64,000 bases of DNA from Alphaproteobacteria bacterium (GCA_964291215.2 OZ219791.1:96001-160000); one strand, 5' to 3'. Counted from the first letter of the stretch, positions 46,724-62,149 are shown. Notes: generated by a model not told the origin, from the sequence alone. Numbers and translations are program-made.

Positions 46724-46851
46724 AACAATGTCAAAGAGCGCCTCCCGCCGATGTCTCCCGGGGGAGAAAAGCGGCAGGTGGAAACCCGCTCCGCCGATAG
46801 CCCGGCCGCACGGGAACGGTGCTTATACGGCGTTCGCCCCGCCCTTGTCAA
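46724..46851 (-). promoter_or_regulatory. rrn promoter and boxA-like leader
   Basis: TTGACA (46851-46846), 18 bp spacer, TATAAG (46827-46822). GCTCTTTGACATTGT at ~46739-46725. Confidence 0.7.
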
Positions 46852-46904
46852 ACGGTTTTTTCGCCCGGCGCAAATTTTTTTGACAGACCGCCGCCGACCG
46901 CCGT

Positions 46905-49780
46905 CACGATGATCCCACGCTGCTAATCCGGCGATGACTGGCGAGATTTTTACAGTTTGCGTCGCGCTGCAATCGTGCCGCCAAGGCTCGATGGGACCTT
47001 CTCGGCACAAAAATTACGATCAAGGAGGCGATCTGTGATGAGCCGAGCCCCAACGCATTCGGATTTCGCGTCTCCGAATCAGGTAAGCGTTCGTTCGTGC
47101 GGTGAGGTGTTGTTGTTTTCGTCCGTTTGACGGGCTTTTGTCAGGGAGTTCCAGCGTCACCCGGAGCGGTTTCGTGCACCGGGATGCGCGGTGAGGGGCA
47201 CTGGCGCCATGCCGTGTTTTCCGCATTGGTTGCGGTTTTGTCCCGGCGCTGCGGAGGAGGAACTGAGCGCCATTCTGTGCCGGTTGCAGGGTTCAGCGAT
47301 TGAGGGTCCGCTTCCAGTCCTTGCGGAGCGGGCCAGATGTCCTTCTTCGGCTTCTGTCATGTCGGTCGTGGCGGCCGCTGGTTGTTCCGACGCGGCCGGC
47401 AGACGCCGCGGCGCGGGACCTCGACCAAGGTTTGGCAGGGCACGGGCGGGGTGTTGCAGCGCGCGGTCCATGCGGCGGTCGAGAAGCAGCGGCTCGCCGC
47501 ATGGTAGCGCATTTGCGGCGCCGCCAGGCGCCGAGGTAGTGTCAGCGGGCGGAGCTCGTCGAGAGTCTTCGGGGCGGCGGTGTGATCAGCTTCGGGGCTG
47601 GCGGCGGCAGAAGGCGCGGGCGATGGGGTTCGCTCCGTGATCGTCGCAGCAGCCGCATCTCCGCGACCATGAAGTCGCACCCGTGGCAGCGGCACTCGAC
47701 CTCGCCGCTTACGGCGGCGCCGCGAATCTCCGCCGCCTCTCCGGGCTCACGGAAACCAGGGCGACAGATCGCCGGGCCGCCGTTCTCCGCGCAGGCGCCA
47801 GCGCAGAACGTCGAGGCCGCTCCTCTCGACCGTGCCGTGTACATGACAGCCGTCCATGCTGTCGGAACCGAAGCCGGGTTTCCGCCCGGGCCCCTGACAG
47901 CCCTTTCCCCGAAATTGTTGTCCATGGTCGACGAACACGCGATGGTTGAGCGCAGCGGCCTGCCTTCCGGCGCCGCTTTCGGAAGCCTCGGCGCTTCCGC
48001 AAACAGCGACCGCAGTCTCCAGCGCCGCCTGCGCGGCCTCGAACGCCGCCGGAAGCAAGGCAGTCGAGCCGTGTTCAGGCGGCAGATCTCCGCGATCGAT
48101 CCATTCCCACCCCTCCAGCTGCGGCCGGCGCAGTCCGGAAAGTCGCGTCGACAATGCGCCCGGCAACAGCACAGGATGATGAAGGGCCACAGGCGCGCCA
48201 GCTTCTTGCAGGCGCCGTAGCGGCCGCAGACATGGGGGCCGTCCGCGAACAGCTTCGCCGCGACCTCGGCGCTGCGCGAGGGAGAGAACCGCGTCACGGC
48301 TGACCGATGTCTGGAGCCAGGCGCGACTTCCGGACCTCCCTCGGGGCCTGGATGCATCGGCATGGCGCAAACCCCGGTGCGCGAGGATCGCGTCCCGAAG
48401 CGGCTCGAACAGGGGCAGCATCTGGCTCGCTGGCCAGCGTTCCCGGCGAAAGCCCCTGGACGCGGCGCGCATGCACGCGCTCGTGCAGCACATGCGTCCA
48501 CACCCGAAGGCGGTGCCGGGAAACAGCCGCCACCGGTGAACCGGGGCAGTCACAGCCCCGGCGGACAATCCGCCGCTTTTGATCTCGATGATCCTGGTGC
48601 GAACCGTTGGCAACGCAGCACAAGCAGGCGTCCTCCGCCACCTCCAGCCGCCCTCCACCTCCTCGAGCGCCGGCGGCGGCCAGGAGTGCCGTGCTGCTGG
48701 CCGCGCTTCGATGACGCCCGCGGCCTCTTCTCGCTCTTGCGCCCGTACGACCTGTTCGAACGAAGCTTGTCGTTCTCCGACCCGACCCTTCAGAACCTTC
48801 ATCGCGGTCTTCAGGCCGGCATTCTCCATGCGCAGCGACACCACCGTCGACCGCTTCCGCGCGCCGGCCTCGGCAAGAAGCTGGCCCGGACGCGCAACCT
48901 CCTGCTTCAGCGCAAGAGACTGCTTCGCCGTCCGCCGAATTTCCCTGACCTCCGCACGGGCAGCTGCCAGCTTCTCGCGGTTGCTCTCGAAAATCGCCTT
49001 CAGGGAATTCGCGCGGCCCCTCCACCTCCTGCAAGCGCAGCTCCTCACAGCGCCCCTCCGCCGCCTCGGCTCGAATACGCTCGCGATCGTACAGGGACTT
49101 CCAGGTGGCCGAATCACGACACGACGACTGCGGCATGTCGCCAGCGGCGTCCGCACCCGATGATGACACGAAATCCTCGATGCACATGACCATGCACGAC
49201 CTGGTGGCACCGCCAAAAAAATTTACCAGTGCCCTTCTTCGAATTACCAAAACAAACCTCGGTGCAGATCGTCATCACCGCATGAACGAACGCTTACGAT
49301 TGCACTGGACGAACTGCTGGATGCGCTGCCGAAGAAGGGAAAGCCTGGTCGGGCGGACCGGGAAGCTGACTCGACGTTCCGGAAGATGCGCCGACAGCAT
49401 CCGGCCGTGGAGTCGGCGATCAACAATCTTGAGCAACGCGGCATGGACCGGGTCCTGTGGGGCGGACGGCTTTGCGCGGATGGTGGCGCTGCCCATGGTC
49501 GCCTTCAATGTCCACCGCCTGCTGTTGCACGGACGAGCCCGACGACGAAAACGCGCCGCCTGACGGCGGCGTCCCTCTACCCCACCCACCCGCCGGGAGC
49601 GGGAACGAAGCCGCTCGCCCAGCTTCTCGGCTGGAAGAGCCCTGATACCGCCGCGAATCAGCAGGAATCCTTCCGAAAACGGAGCGGGACCCGGAAGGGC
49701 GATCAAACCAGAAATTTCGCTGGAATCTCAGCCAAAACGGTCATTTCCGCGCGGGCACGAATTAGCATGGGATCGTCGTG
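46905..49780 (+). mobile_element. ISNCY/IS5-like element, interrupted and partly deleted
   Basis: IRs CACGATGATCCCACGCT / AGCATGGGATCGTCGTG. Near-perfect 9-bp flanking repeat GACCGCCGT / GGCCGCCGT. C-terminal remnant RRQHPAVESAINNLE..G.DGFARMVAL. Confidence 0.7.
47083..49247 (-). mobile_element. Second IS66-family element type (degenerate)
   Basis: LFEPLRDAILAH..LRHAD, CCRAHCRRDF, MDNNFGERAVRGP. Ends begin GTAAG / GTAAT. No TSD seen. Confidence 0.7.
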
Positions 49781-49790
49781 GGCCGCCGTG

Positions 49791-51309
49791 CAGGGCTATT
49801 CTGTTGTCGTCCCAGCGATCGGCGCATGCTGATTTTGGTCCGGGCATTCCGTTTTCGCCGTGGCAGTGTGCCGGCATGGTGACGCTTGCGACCCCGGATT
49901 CCCTCCTTCGCGAGGTGACGGTGCGCACGTGAGCACCGGCTCGGGGACCGCCTGGTCAAGGAGCATCACTACCTGCGGTTTCACGGCATCAAGGGTCTGC
50001 GCCATGTCGCCCTGCACGGCGAGACCTGGGTGGTCGGCTGGCGGCGCGTTCAAGCTTGCTGCACCGCTGGATCGCTGCGGAGCAGCAGTGCCTGCACGCG
50101 AACAATTCCCGGTTCGTTGGGGGGATGCCGAACCTGGCGTCCCGCGTGCTCGGCCTGAGCCTTCGACGGCTGGACATCGAGGCCGCGCGTTCCTCGCGGA
50201 GACGGTCGTCGAGCGCTTCGCCGGAACCTGCTATCGCGCGGCGAACTGGCGCTCGCTTGACGCTCGGTCGCGAGCGGCTCCGCGCGCTTCCGTCACCACG
50301 GCCAGGAGATCTTCATGTACGAACTGGGGCCGCCGGGACGCGATCCCGGAGAGCGCAGCACGACAGTGCCGGGCCTCGGCTGCGCAGCCTGTGCCCGGGC
50401 GAGGTGTGCCGCAAGCGCTATCCGCTGAGAACCATTCTCGCGGCTCGCCGGCTACCGCGGCGTGACCGCATTCGCCGCCCTCCAGGAACAGCTTTTGCGG
50501 CGGTGAACTCGTTCTTCAACCCGAAGCGCTGCACCGCACCCACACCTTCCACACCATCCTCGCCGACCTGCCGCCCGACCCTGCCCTGTGGACGGCCCGG
50601 CAGCAGACACGACGGCAAGGACATCCGCGGCGCCTCCAGCCGACGGCGGATGATGGGGTCGAGCCCGGCATGGTTCTCGGCCAGGCGAAGAGCAACGAGA
50701 TCCCCCTCGCCAGCAGCATCAACGTCACCGGCTGCATCGTCACCATGGACGCGATGCACGCTCAGCACGAGCGGCGGCTTCTCGAGCGCCGCATGTCGTC
50801 ACGGCGATCAGAAATAACCAGGAGACCATGCTCGACGACCTCAAGGCCATCGACTTCGAGGGCTCGTTCGAAACCCTCGACAAGGGCGCATCGAGCGCCG
50901 CCGCCGTGGTCGACATCTCCGGCGCCGAGCGGGACCGCTGCGCTGCTCTCCACGGTCGCCGCCATCCGCATCGAGCGCGAGATCTGCAAGACCAAAGAGA
51001 GCAGCGTCGAGACCACCTGGTGCCTCACCTCGCTCGGCCCCGAACGCCCCGAGATGCTTCTGGCGCGCGGGTCATGGAAAATCGACTCCGCCACGTACGC
51101 GATTTCACCTGCGACGAAGACCGCTGCAGGGTGCGCCGCGCAACCTCTTGACAAACGCCGCCATCCTGCGCTGCGGCGGACACTTCATGCCCGAGGCCAA
51201 CCGGCACTACGCCGCCCGGGATGCGCGCCATCCTCATCCCGCAGATAAACCTTCGCCCCTGACCCCGCGCCACAAGCCGGGAACGCGCCGGCGCAACAGG
51301 ACAGCTCTG
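49791..51309 (+). mobile_element. ISAs1-family element with DUF4338-like region (degenerate), second type
   Basis: IRs CAGGGCTATTCTGTTG / CAACAGGACAGCTCTG. NNSRF..PNLASRVLG, FAGTCYRAANW; DGKDIRGAS, KSNEIP, IVTMDAMHAQ, ENRLRHVRDFTCDED. Confidence 0.8.
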
Positions 51310-51556
51310 CTCGAACACTCGAAAAAGCGTGCCCGGCCTGATGCACCAGCCACTGAAACCGGCCCACAGTGAACCCGGGGTGCCATGCCAGGTCCCTGTC
51401 ACATCAGCAATCCACAGGCCCGACAAAAGAATGGTTCTGGACCGCCGTGCCCGCGCCTGCCATCGGCCGGCGAATTCCGCTACACTGGCGCCGTGCGCCG
51501 CCGCCCGCCCGCGAAGGGTCTCCGGGCCGCGGCGGCGCCGGGAGGACAGGATCACG

Positions 51557-53043
<1,487 letters not shown>

Positions 53044-53047
<4 letters not shown>

Positions 53048-53240
53048 TGTTATGTCAGCAATGATATGTCGTACATTTGGTGCTAGACTGTCCGTCCATT
53101 CGGGATGGAGGTCGGAGTATGAAACGCTACGTGGTGACCCTGGACGAACGGGCAGAACTTTCGGAGATCAAGGGCTCGCACCTGTCGCAAAAGGTAATCA
53201 ACGCCCTGCTTAACTGCGACGAGGGCGCGTTCAATGAATG
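53044..53240 (+). mobile_element. IS630 type 2 left-end fragment
   Basis: Matches the left end at 38997 onward. Cut by IS30. Confidence 0.88.
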
Positions 53241-55336
53241 CCCCACTTCCAGTCTGAAGTGCAACACCCGGCCCTCATCGCAGTGAGGGCGTAGCCCGAA
53301 CGGAGATGAGGGCCGGGTGTTGCGCAAATCTTTCCCCTCTGCCCCTCTCGATTCCGCCTGGAAACAGCTTCAGTTCCTTCAACATCGAGCTTATGCAACG
53401 CCTTTGTCGGCTTCAAGCCACTATTCCGCCGTCGCGCGGCATGGACCCTGCTGCACGTTGCGGCTACGGAACGCAGATGGTCAGGGCGGTTTCACTTCAA
53501 GATTACCTCCGTCGGCGATCCCGGGACTTTCCGAGTGTTGAGCCGCACCTTCTGAACATCTTCGTTGCATGTCGCGCGAAAGTCCGTGCCCTTCGGGAAG
53601 TACTCCCGCACCAGGCCGTTGGTGTGCTCATTCAAGCCGCGCTCCCAGGAATGGAAAGGCGAAGAAGAAATCTGCGTCAAGTGCGACACGCCTGTGGTCT
53701 GCGAACTCCTTGCCGTTGTGATTGTGTGGACCAATAGCGCACCAGAGCCGAGCAGGCGGATCATACCAACCGTGTCTTTCTGTCCACCCAGCAAGGTGTA
53801 TTTCGTGGCACGAGCGACACGACAGCTCCACTGTGAGCTTTGCCGATGATGGCTCCCAGTCGCCGATCCGTTCCTTTGCCTCCGCAGGGCGCTCGGAAAT
53901 GTCCACCCGGCCGGAATGGCATTTGCCCTTCCAGTTCGGCTTCTTGCCGCGCCGCCGAAGCTTCTTCCACAAGGCGCCCCCAGCTCTCCGATCTTCATGA
54001 ATGCGATCATGGATCCGTTGCCGACCCACGGCCCTCCAGTCGAAAACGGCCGCTGCTCGGGGCCCTCCCGCAGCTTTTTCTGAGCTTCAGCCCGAGGCGT
54101 CAACCGCCAGGGTAACTGCTCACCCCCTGGTTCCGGCTTGATGTCGGGGTAGAGTAACGAACGGGTTTTCATGGAGATTTGACACTGCAGGCCGATTCGT
54201 TTAGTGGTGGTCATCGAGAACGATGGGGACCGCCAGTGGGCTACTTTGGATCGAAGGCGACGAGCGGACTGTGCCAGCTGCTTCCGGGGCTCCAGCCCCC
54301 GCATGATCTGTATGTGGAAATGCATCCGGGAGGCGGCGCGCTGATGAAGCGCAAGGCCGGGCGGGGGAGTACCGGAAGATGCCGCCGGGCGAGCGCCAGG
54401 CGATGCTCGCGGCGAGGCCGGGTGATGGCGACGGGCGGCGCGCGAGAAGTTCGAAGCGACCAAGGCGCTGCCGGCAAGGTGTCGGAAGAGGCCGTCATCC
54501 GCGTCCTCGTCATCCTGCTCGACATCCTCATCGTCGTCCTTCTGGAGAAGACCACGCACGAGCCGGAACTCCGGTCTGCCGCCGTCACAGACGGACAAGA
54601 GCGTGCCGGGAGCAAGGGCCCGAAGCCGAACCGGCAGATGGGCGACAACCTGCCATCGTCGAGGAGACGGTCGCGGCCTGCGACGCCTGCGGCGCCGACG
54701 GCCCCGTCGAGCGCCGCACGACATCGTGTTCGAGGTCGCGCCGCGTCGATGCCGAGGAATGCCCGAAGTGCAAGGCCCGGTTCCCCGACAACATCCCGTG
54801 CAGTACGGCATCCAGGCCCTCGTCCCTGCTGGTCGCCCGGATGCTGTCCCTGCGCCGTCGCGCTCGTGCAGGCGATATCAAGCTCTCCGAGGCCTCGGCC
54901 ATGCTTTCACGATGCGTCATGGGAGGAGGCCGCCGTGGCGCACCTCCTGCAACGCCCGATGTCGACGATTTCGGATCAACGGCAAGTGGCTCCATGTCGT
55001 CGGGACGTGCAAGTTCCCGCACCGCAAGCAAGAGATCGGCCCGTGCTACAAGGGCGTCCTGGGCCTCGTACATGGCAGTGTAGCCACCAGCGGCAGCGAC
55101 CTGCTGCGCGAACTGACCTTTGTCGTCGAGGCTGCCGCGCGACTGATGAAGAGCCTGCTCCCTGCCACAAGGTCAACAAGAGCGCATCCAGGACCCTGAA
55201 CGAGGCCGGGCGCTACCGCACCATCAGGGCGCCAGGGAACTGCCCGACATCCCGCCAAAAGGAAAACGCATCGCAAACGCGCACAACCTGCACGAACGTC
55301 TCGTGAAACACGAAAACCTGCGCTTCACAGACGACC

Positions 55337-57802
55337 ATCGCGGTAGGGAACCGGGTTACCCCCCGCACAGAACCAGACGTGCGCTGTTCGCATCCGGCTC
55401 CTCCCCTGACGACAAGGCGCTGGTTTGGCCACGGATGCTGGCTCAGTGGGCAGCGGCGAGGGTGTCTATGTCCCCGGTGAAGTCCTTTTGGGAGCGTCGC
55501 CGAAGGGCACGCAGCTGTTTGCATTGGTGTATGAACTTCTGCAGGCTGCTTCCCGGAACGGCGTAGTAGCAGCCGTTGATAACTCACCACTTGGCCGTTT
55601 CGTGCCGGTTATCGTGCCACCGCCTGCGCAAGGCCTCCTTGATCCGCCGCAGGGTGCCCGTTTGCGAGATGGACCGACCCTGAACCTGCCTTTCCTCGTC
55701 TGTTCGCAGAAGTGCGTCATGCCGAGGAAGTCGAACGTCTTGCCCTGCCTACGCTTCCGGCGGTTCGCTCTGGCAAACCGACCGAACTCGATGATTTTCC
55801 GGGTGCAGTTCAAGTGGGCCAGTCTCTCCCCAAGGTCTCAGCGCCGCGCGTCGCTCAGATGCTGAAAGCCGCACACGAAGTCGTCCGCATAATGATCGTG
55901 TCGCCTCCAGCCATCCGCTTGCGCCAATGGTTCTGGAACCAGTCGTACGTAGTGCAGGTAGACGTTCGCAAGGCATGGCGCCGCCCCTTGCGGTGTTCCC
56001 TTGCCAGTCGGTCCCTTCCATGACGCCGGCGTCACTTGATGATCAGACCCCCCGATCCGTTTCCCGAGCATCGCGACCAGATGGTCGCGGTCGAGATTGT
56101 CGAAGAACCCACGGGCGTCAACGATCCAGTTGACCTTCCGCCGTTCCACCGTGACGGCGCATGATGCGCCCCGGCCGGAAGCCGTAACTAAACCCGAGGA
56201 ACTCCGTCTCGCGGCACCAGAATCACACCGCCCGCTGAAGAATCTTGTCCGAGGCAAGCGGTCGTTGCCCTCCATCCTCCTTGGGTATGTAAACCCCGGA
56301 GGCGCCCGGTACGCACCCCTGTGCACACGGGCGTGCAGGCAGTTCCACACCCTCCGCGTACGCTTGCCACACAACGCCCCGCCGCCGCGTCCTTCCTCAA
56401 GGAATGGAACGCATCGTGCAGAACGTCGACCGTCACGTGGTGGAGTAAAGACGCTCTTCCGGGTTCCTCTTCGCTACCTGCGTTCAGCCGCCTGTGACCC
56501 CCGCTTCTGCGCGCGGCGCGGGCTTTGGCCAACCGCATTGCCCTTCCCTCCAACAACTCCGCAGGCTCCGAAGAACCCTTGTTCGCCGCCTTCAGCGGTA
56601 CTATGGCCGAATCTGACTTCTCGTTCATCATCGGTTTACGGATTAGTTCCTTTCCTCTGCGGCCCCTCCACGACAGAGGGGCAAGACCTCCCAGGTCCCT
56701 GCTTCGGCCATGGTTCTCGGACCCCGCGGAGCCCCCGTTCGCCTCACCAACGCGGCTCGTGGGGTGTTGCCCACTCGGACGACCTCGGCACTCCGGTTTC
56801 AAAGCATCTCGTGGCTCAATAGCCTGGTCGGGTAGGCCACTGGCGCGCGCATCCTTAGGCGAAGGCTTTATCCGTCACCGCTCTTTCGATTGCGGGCGGG
56901 TTCGCAGAATCGCCATAGACCACGTTTCCAGCAGCCCCCCTAAAATTCCGTACGTCCGGTTTTCCCGGTTCAAGCATCAGGCACCCACTTGGAGTTCGGT
57001 GCGAAGCCTTCCCACGCCATAGTCAAGGCTGACCCAACCATACCCACGGCATCTCCGAGCGTTTGCTCCGTCCTTCGGCCTTGCAGTCTGTCGGTCGGTG
57101 CCGGTCTCTGCGTACCGGCTTGACCTGCCGCATAGGCTACCTGAGCCCTGAGGTCCTCGCTCGGGACGGGTTGTGTTGTCCCGCCCCTTAGGCGACCTCA
57201 TCCGCCAGTCAGGAGGACTCCGCGTCCTTTCCCGTCTCCCGGTTATAGACGCGGTCCTTGACGGGTCTCTTCATCCTGTCTGTCCTCCTCACCTTCCGGT
57301 CTTTCACTGCTGATCTGTCCCGAATTGCCGCCGTCTGTACCCCGGGGAACCCGATGCGTGTTCCTCAGTTCTTCCGCATCGACACTGGCCATCGGGTAGC
57401 AAGCAGACCCTTGGCGTTCACCGTCTATCCCACAAATCAGCTTCGTGTGGGTGGGGAATTTCGGGGCTTCGTCCAATCGTTCGCTTTCGCTACGGCCCTC
57501 CGGTTTGCTCGCCGCCCTGGCTGACCGGACCGGCTGGACACTGCGTTCCAGCCAGCCCACGACGGCTTTCTACGTCCCAGCTCGCTGATCCAGGGTCGCC
57601 CCTGAACCAATGCTACGGCGCCAAACTGAGAATTGCGGGACTTTCACCCGCAAGATCAGCAGCTAGACTCGCTGCACGCCTGCCGCTCCCCAACGCTTCG
57701 CCTGGCGCCTCACGACGCATGGTTCACGGAGAAAGTGGTGGTTAGCCTCTCTTCCTACCGGGACTTGCACCCGGCCACATTCCACCAGTTTGCCTGGCGC
57801 AC
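55337..57802 (-). mobile_element. Group II intron R3 (degenerate RT), containing ORF-less intron A
   Basis: GTGCG...CCTACCGCGAT termini; YADD remnant. Confidence 0.9.
56827..57677 (-). mobile_element. ORF-less group II intron variant A (851 bp)
   Basis: Same precise site as in R2. Retains the putative EBS1 loop at 57399-57404. Confidence 0.85.
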
Positions 57803-59444
57803 ATCGCGGTAGGGAACCGGGTTACCCCGGTCCCCCCGCACAGAACCGGACGTGCGCTGTTCGCATCCGGCTCCTCCCCTGACGACAAGGCGCTGATTTG
57901 GCCACGGGTGGCGGATGCTGGCTCAGTGGGCAGCGGTGAGGGTGTCTACGTCCCCGGTGAAGTCCTTTTGGGAGCGTCGCCGAAGGGCACGCAGCTGTTT
58001 GCATTGGTGTATGAACTTCTGCAGGCTGCTTCCTGGAACGGCGTAGTAGCAGCCGTTGATAACTCACCACTTGGCCGTTTCGTGCCGGTTATCGTGCCAC
58101 CGCCTGCGCAAGGCCTCCTTGATCCGCCGCAGGGTGCCCGTTTGCGAGATGGACCGACCCTGAACCTGCCTTTCCTCGTCTGTTCGCAGAAGTGCGTCAT
58201 GCCGAGGAAGTCGAACGTCTTGCCCTGCTTCCGGCGGTTTGCTCTGGCAAACCGACCGAACTCGATGATTTTCCGGGTGCAGTTCAAGTGGGCCAGTCTC
58301 TCCCCAAGGTCTCGGAGAAAGCGCCGCGCGTCGCCCAGATGCTGAAAGCCGCACACGAAGTCATCCGCATAATGATCGTGTCGCCTCCAGCCATCCGCTT
58401 GCGCCAGTGGTTCTGGAACCAGTCGTACGTAGTGCAGGTAGACGTTCGCAAGGCATGGCGATACAATCGCCCCTTGCGGTGTTCCCTTGCCAGTCGGTCC
58501 CTTCCATGACGCCGGCGTTCAGCCACTTGATGATCAGACCCCCCGATCCGTTTCCCGAGCATCGCGACCAGGTGGTCGCGGTCGAGATTGTCGAAGAACC
58601 CACGGGCGTCAACGATCCAGTTGACCTTCCGCCGTTCCACCGTGACGGCATCGAGCGCATGATGCGCCCCGGCCGGAAGCCGTAACTAAACCCGAGGAAC
58701 TCCGTCTCGCGGCACCAGAATCACACCGCCCGCTGAAGAATCTTGTCCGAGGCAAGCGGTCGTTGCCCTCCATCCTCCTTGGGTATGTAAACCCCGGAGG
58801 CGCCCGGTACGCACCCCTGTGCACACGGGCGTGCAGGTCAACCAGTTCCACACCCTCCGCATACGCTTGCCACACAACGCCGTCCACGCCCGCCGCCGCG
58901 TCCTTCCTCAAGGAATGGAACGCATCGTGCAGAGCGTCGACCGTCACGTGGTGGAGTAAAGACGCTCTTCCGGGTTCCTCTTCGCTACCTGCGTTCAGCC
59001 ACCTGTGACCCCCGCTTCTGCGCGCGGCGCGGGCTTTGGCCAACCGCATTGCCCTTCCCTCCAGCAACTCCGCAGGCTCCGAAGAACCCTTGTTCGCCGC
59101 CTTCAACGGTACTATGGCCGAATCTGACTTCTCGTTCATCATCGGTTTACGGATTAGTTCCTTTCCTCTGCGGCCCCTCCACGACAGAGGGGCAAGACCT
59201 CCCAGGTCCCTGCTTCGGCCATGGTTCTCGGACCCCGCGGAGCCCCCGTTCGCCTCACCAACGCGGCTCGTTGCCTTCGGCCACGACCTCGGCACTCCGG
59301 TTTCAAAGCATCTCGTGGCTCAATAGCCTGCCGCTCCCCAACGCTTCGCCTGGCGCCTCACGACGCATGGTTCACGGAGAAAGTGGTGGTTAGCCTCTCT
59401 CGGGACTTGCACCCGGCAACATTCCACCAGTTTGCCTGGCGCAC
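57803..59444 (-). mobile_element. Group II intron R4 (degenerate RT)
   Basis: Abuts R3 and R5 exactly. Has the most complete domain V/VI. Confidence 0.9.
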
Positions 59445-61105
59445 ATTGCGGTAGGGAACCGGGTTACCCCCCGCACAGAACCGGACGTGCGCTGTTCGCT
59501 CCTCCCCTGACGACAAGGCGCTGGTTTGGCCACGGGTGGCGGATGCTGGCTCAGTGGGCAGCGGCGAGGGTGTCTATGTCCCCGGTGAAGTCCTTTTGGG
59601 AGCGTCGCCGAAGGGCACGCAGCCGTTTGCATTGGTGTATGAACCCCTGCAGGGATTGACTGCTTCCCGGGACGGCGTAGTAGCAGCCGTTGATGACTCA
59701 CCACTTGGCCGTTTCGTGCCGGTTGTCGTGCCATCGCATGCGCAAGGCCCCCTTGATCCGCCGCAGGGTGCCCGTTTGCGAGACGGTTTGCGACCGACCC
59801 TGAACCTGCCTTTCCTCGTCTGTTCGCAGAAGTGCGTCATGCCGAGGAAGTCGAACGTCTTGCCCTGCTTCCGGCGGTTCGCTCTGGCAAACCGACCGAA
59901 CTCGATGATTGTCCGGGTGCAGTTCAAGTGGGCCAGCCTCTCCCCAAGGTCCCGGAGAAAGCGCTGCGCATCGCCCAGATGCTGAAAGCCGCACACGAAG
60001 TCGTCCGCATAATGATCGTGTCGCCTCCAGCCATCCGCTTGCGCCAGTGGTTCTGGAACCAGTCGCACGTAGTGCAGGTAAACGTTCGCGAGGCAGGGCG
60101 ATACAATCGCCCCCTGCGGTGTTCCCTTGCCCGTATCCGACCAGTCGGTCCCTTCCATGACGCCGGCGTTTAGCCACTTGATGATCAGACCCCCCGATCC
60201 GTTTCCCGAGCATCGCAATCAGGTGGTCGCGGTCGAGATTGTCGAAGAACCCGCGGGCGTCAACGATCCAGTTGACCTTCCGCCGTTCCACCGTGACGGC
60301 GTCGAGCGCGTGATGCGCCCCGGCCGGAAACCGTAACTAAACCCGAGGAACTCCGTTTCGTAGAGCGGCACCAGAATCACACTGCCCGCTGAAGAATTTT
60401 GTCCGAGGCAAGCGGTCGTTGCCCTCCATCCTCCTTGGGTATGTAAACCCTGGAGGCGCCCGGTACGCACCCCTGTGCACACGGGCGTGCAGGCAGTTCC
60501 ACACCCTCCGCATACGCTTGCCACACAACGCCCCGCCGCCGCGTCCTTCCTCAAGGAATGGAACGCGTCGTGCAGAGCGTCGACCGTCACGTGGTGGAGT
60601 AAAGACGCTCTTCCGGGTTCCTCTTCGCTACCTGCGTTCAGCCGCCTGTGACCCCCGCTTCTGCGCGCGGCGCGGGCCAACCGCATTGCCCTTGGCCTTC
60701 CCTCCAGCAACTCCGCAGGCTCCGAAGAACCCTTGTTCGCCGCCTTCAACGGTACTATGGCCGGATCTGACTTCTCGTTCATCATCGGTTTATGGAATAG
60801 TTCCTTTCCTCTGCGGCCCCTCCACGACAGAGGGGCGATTGAAAGACCTCCCAGGTCCCTGCTTCGGCCATGGTTCTCGGACCCCGCGGAGCCCCCCTCA
60901 CCAACGCGGCTCGCGGGGTGTTGCCCACTTGGACGACCTCGGCACTCCGGTTTCAAAGCATCTCGTGGCTCAATAGCCCGGCCTGCCGCTCCCCAACGCT
61001 TCGCCTGACGCCTCACGACGCATGGTTCACGGAGAAAGTGGTGGTTAGCCTCTCTTCCTGCCGGGACTTGCACCCGGCAACATTCCACCAGTTAGCCTGG
61101 CGCAC
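59445..61105 (-). mobile_element. Group II intron R5 (degenerate RT, more diverged)
   Basis: 3' end ...CCTACCGCAAT; GTPQGAIVSPCLANVYLHY. Its 5' end adjoins the IS66 sequence ccaacgtc. Confidence 0.9.
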
Positions 61106-61759
61106 CCAACGTCAACTTCACCAACAATGCCGGAGAACAGAAGATCAGGATGGCAAAGGTCAAGGTGTCCGGATGCTTCCGCTCCACGCAAAAGCATGGT
61201 GCCGGGGCTCAAGCTACCTCACCTCCATGGCCGCACTCGGCTACAATCATCACGTCGCCACCCGGATCGCCCTCGACGGAAAAGTCGCAGACATCATCAA
61301 CGAGCACTACGACCAATCAGAACCCAACTAGGGGTGAGTAGATACCCGCCAGGAAACAGACGAGGCGGCCCTGCGGCGCGTTTCTGCCATCCTTTGCGCC
61401 TGCTTGTGACGGTAACCCCGTCCCCCGGTGTTGCGCTTGATCTCCCGGAAAATTGTTGATCGGCCCAGCTGCCGAGCAATCGCACCTTGTGAAAGACCGC
61501 TTTTCTGCCTCAATCTGGCATCGCTCTTCGTAGGTGACGGTAGCCTTTGGACATGAACAAGCTCCCTCCATCTTGTACAGGAACTCTCGCCGCTGCTGGA
61601 CAGCTCCGCAACATCATGCGTCTAAAAACACATGGCCACAGCCCATCATGTGTTGCACTTCACTATGGAACGGGGGTGTAAAAAAATCTCCCGCACCAAC
61701 CCGCAACCCCGCAAAGCCCAGGTACTGTCTTGAAAAATCAGACAGAATTTAGCGTAAGA

Positions 61760-62149
61760 CTATCCTGCCGCCAGGCCGAAATGCGCCTCCCAGCGCCGCC
61801 GCGCGCGCATGATGTCGAGGAAGCGCCGGATGTTGGCGGCCGCCGCCGGCGTCCCCGCCAGCACCTGTTCGAAATGCCGCCGCGCCAGGCTGTCCTCCTC
61901 CTTCAGGAAGAAGGCGTGTGCGAGTTCGAGACGCACCCGCACCAGTTCCGAGCGGTCCACCAAGATGGCCCGGAACGCCGCAATCGCCTCGTCGAGCTTC
62001 CCGTCGCGGGCATCCCGGTCCGCGGCGGCCTGCGCGGCGGCAAGCGCCTCCATGCCCGCCCGGAACCGCGGGCCGGTCGCGTCCTGGCCGTGGGCCGCGG
62101 CGGCGAACAGGCACAGCCCGGCGGCAATGACGAGAGCGGGTATGCGCAT
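61760..62149 (-). pseudogene. Slam-like (surface lipoprotein assembly modifier) N-terminal TPR fragment
   Basis: Signal peptide; LDEAIAAFRAILVDRSELVRVRLELAHAFFLK..D.LARRHFEQVLAG...NIRRFL...RRWEAHFG. Stops where the barrel should start. Confidence 0.7.

Larger units (their letters stand above)
54112..61345 (+). mobile_element. IS66-family element carrying intron array 2
   Basis: Both IRs present. 8-bp TSD CCGCCAGG at 54104-54111 and 61346-61353. Confidence 0.93.
53241..61676 (-). mobile_element. IS30-family element split by an IS66 insertion
   Basis: 53241-54111 and 61346-61676 join collinearly with the other IS30 copies. Confidence 0.9.

Noticed and set aside
53492-54811. 439-aa minus-strand ORF
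   Set aside because: Crosses the IS66/IS30 junction; a chance fusion of antisense IS66 and frameshifted IS30.
61689-61720. CCCGCAACC as a possible att copy of the tRNA-fMet 3' end
   Set aside because: Only about 9 bp in low-complexity sequence, on the opposite strand and on the wrong side relative to the island.
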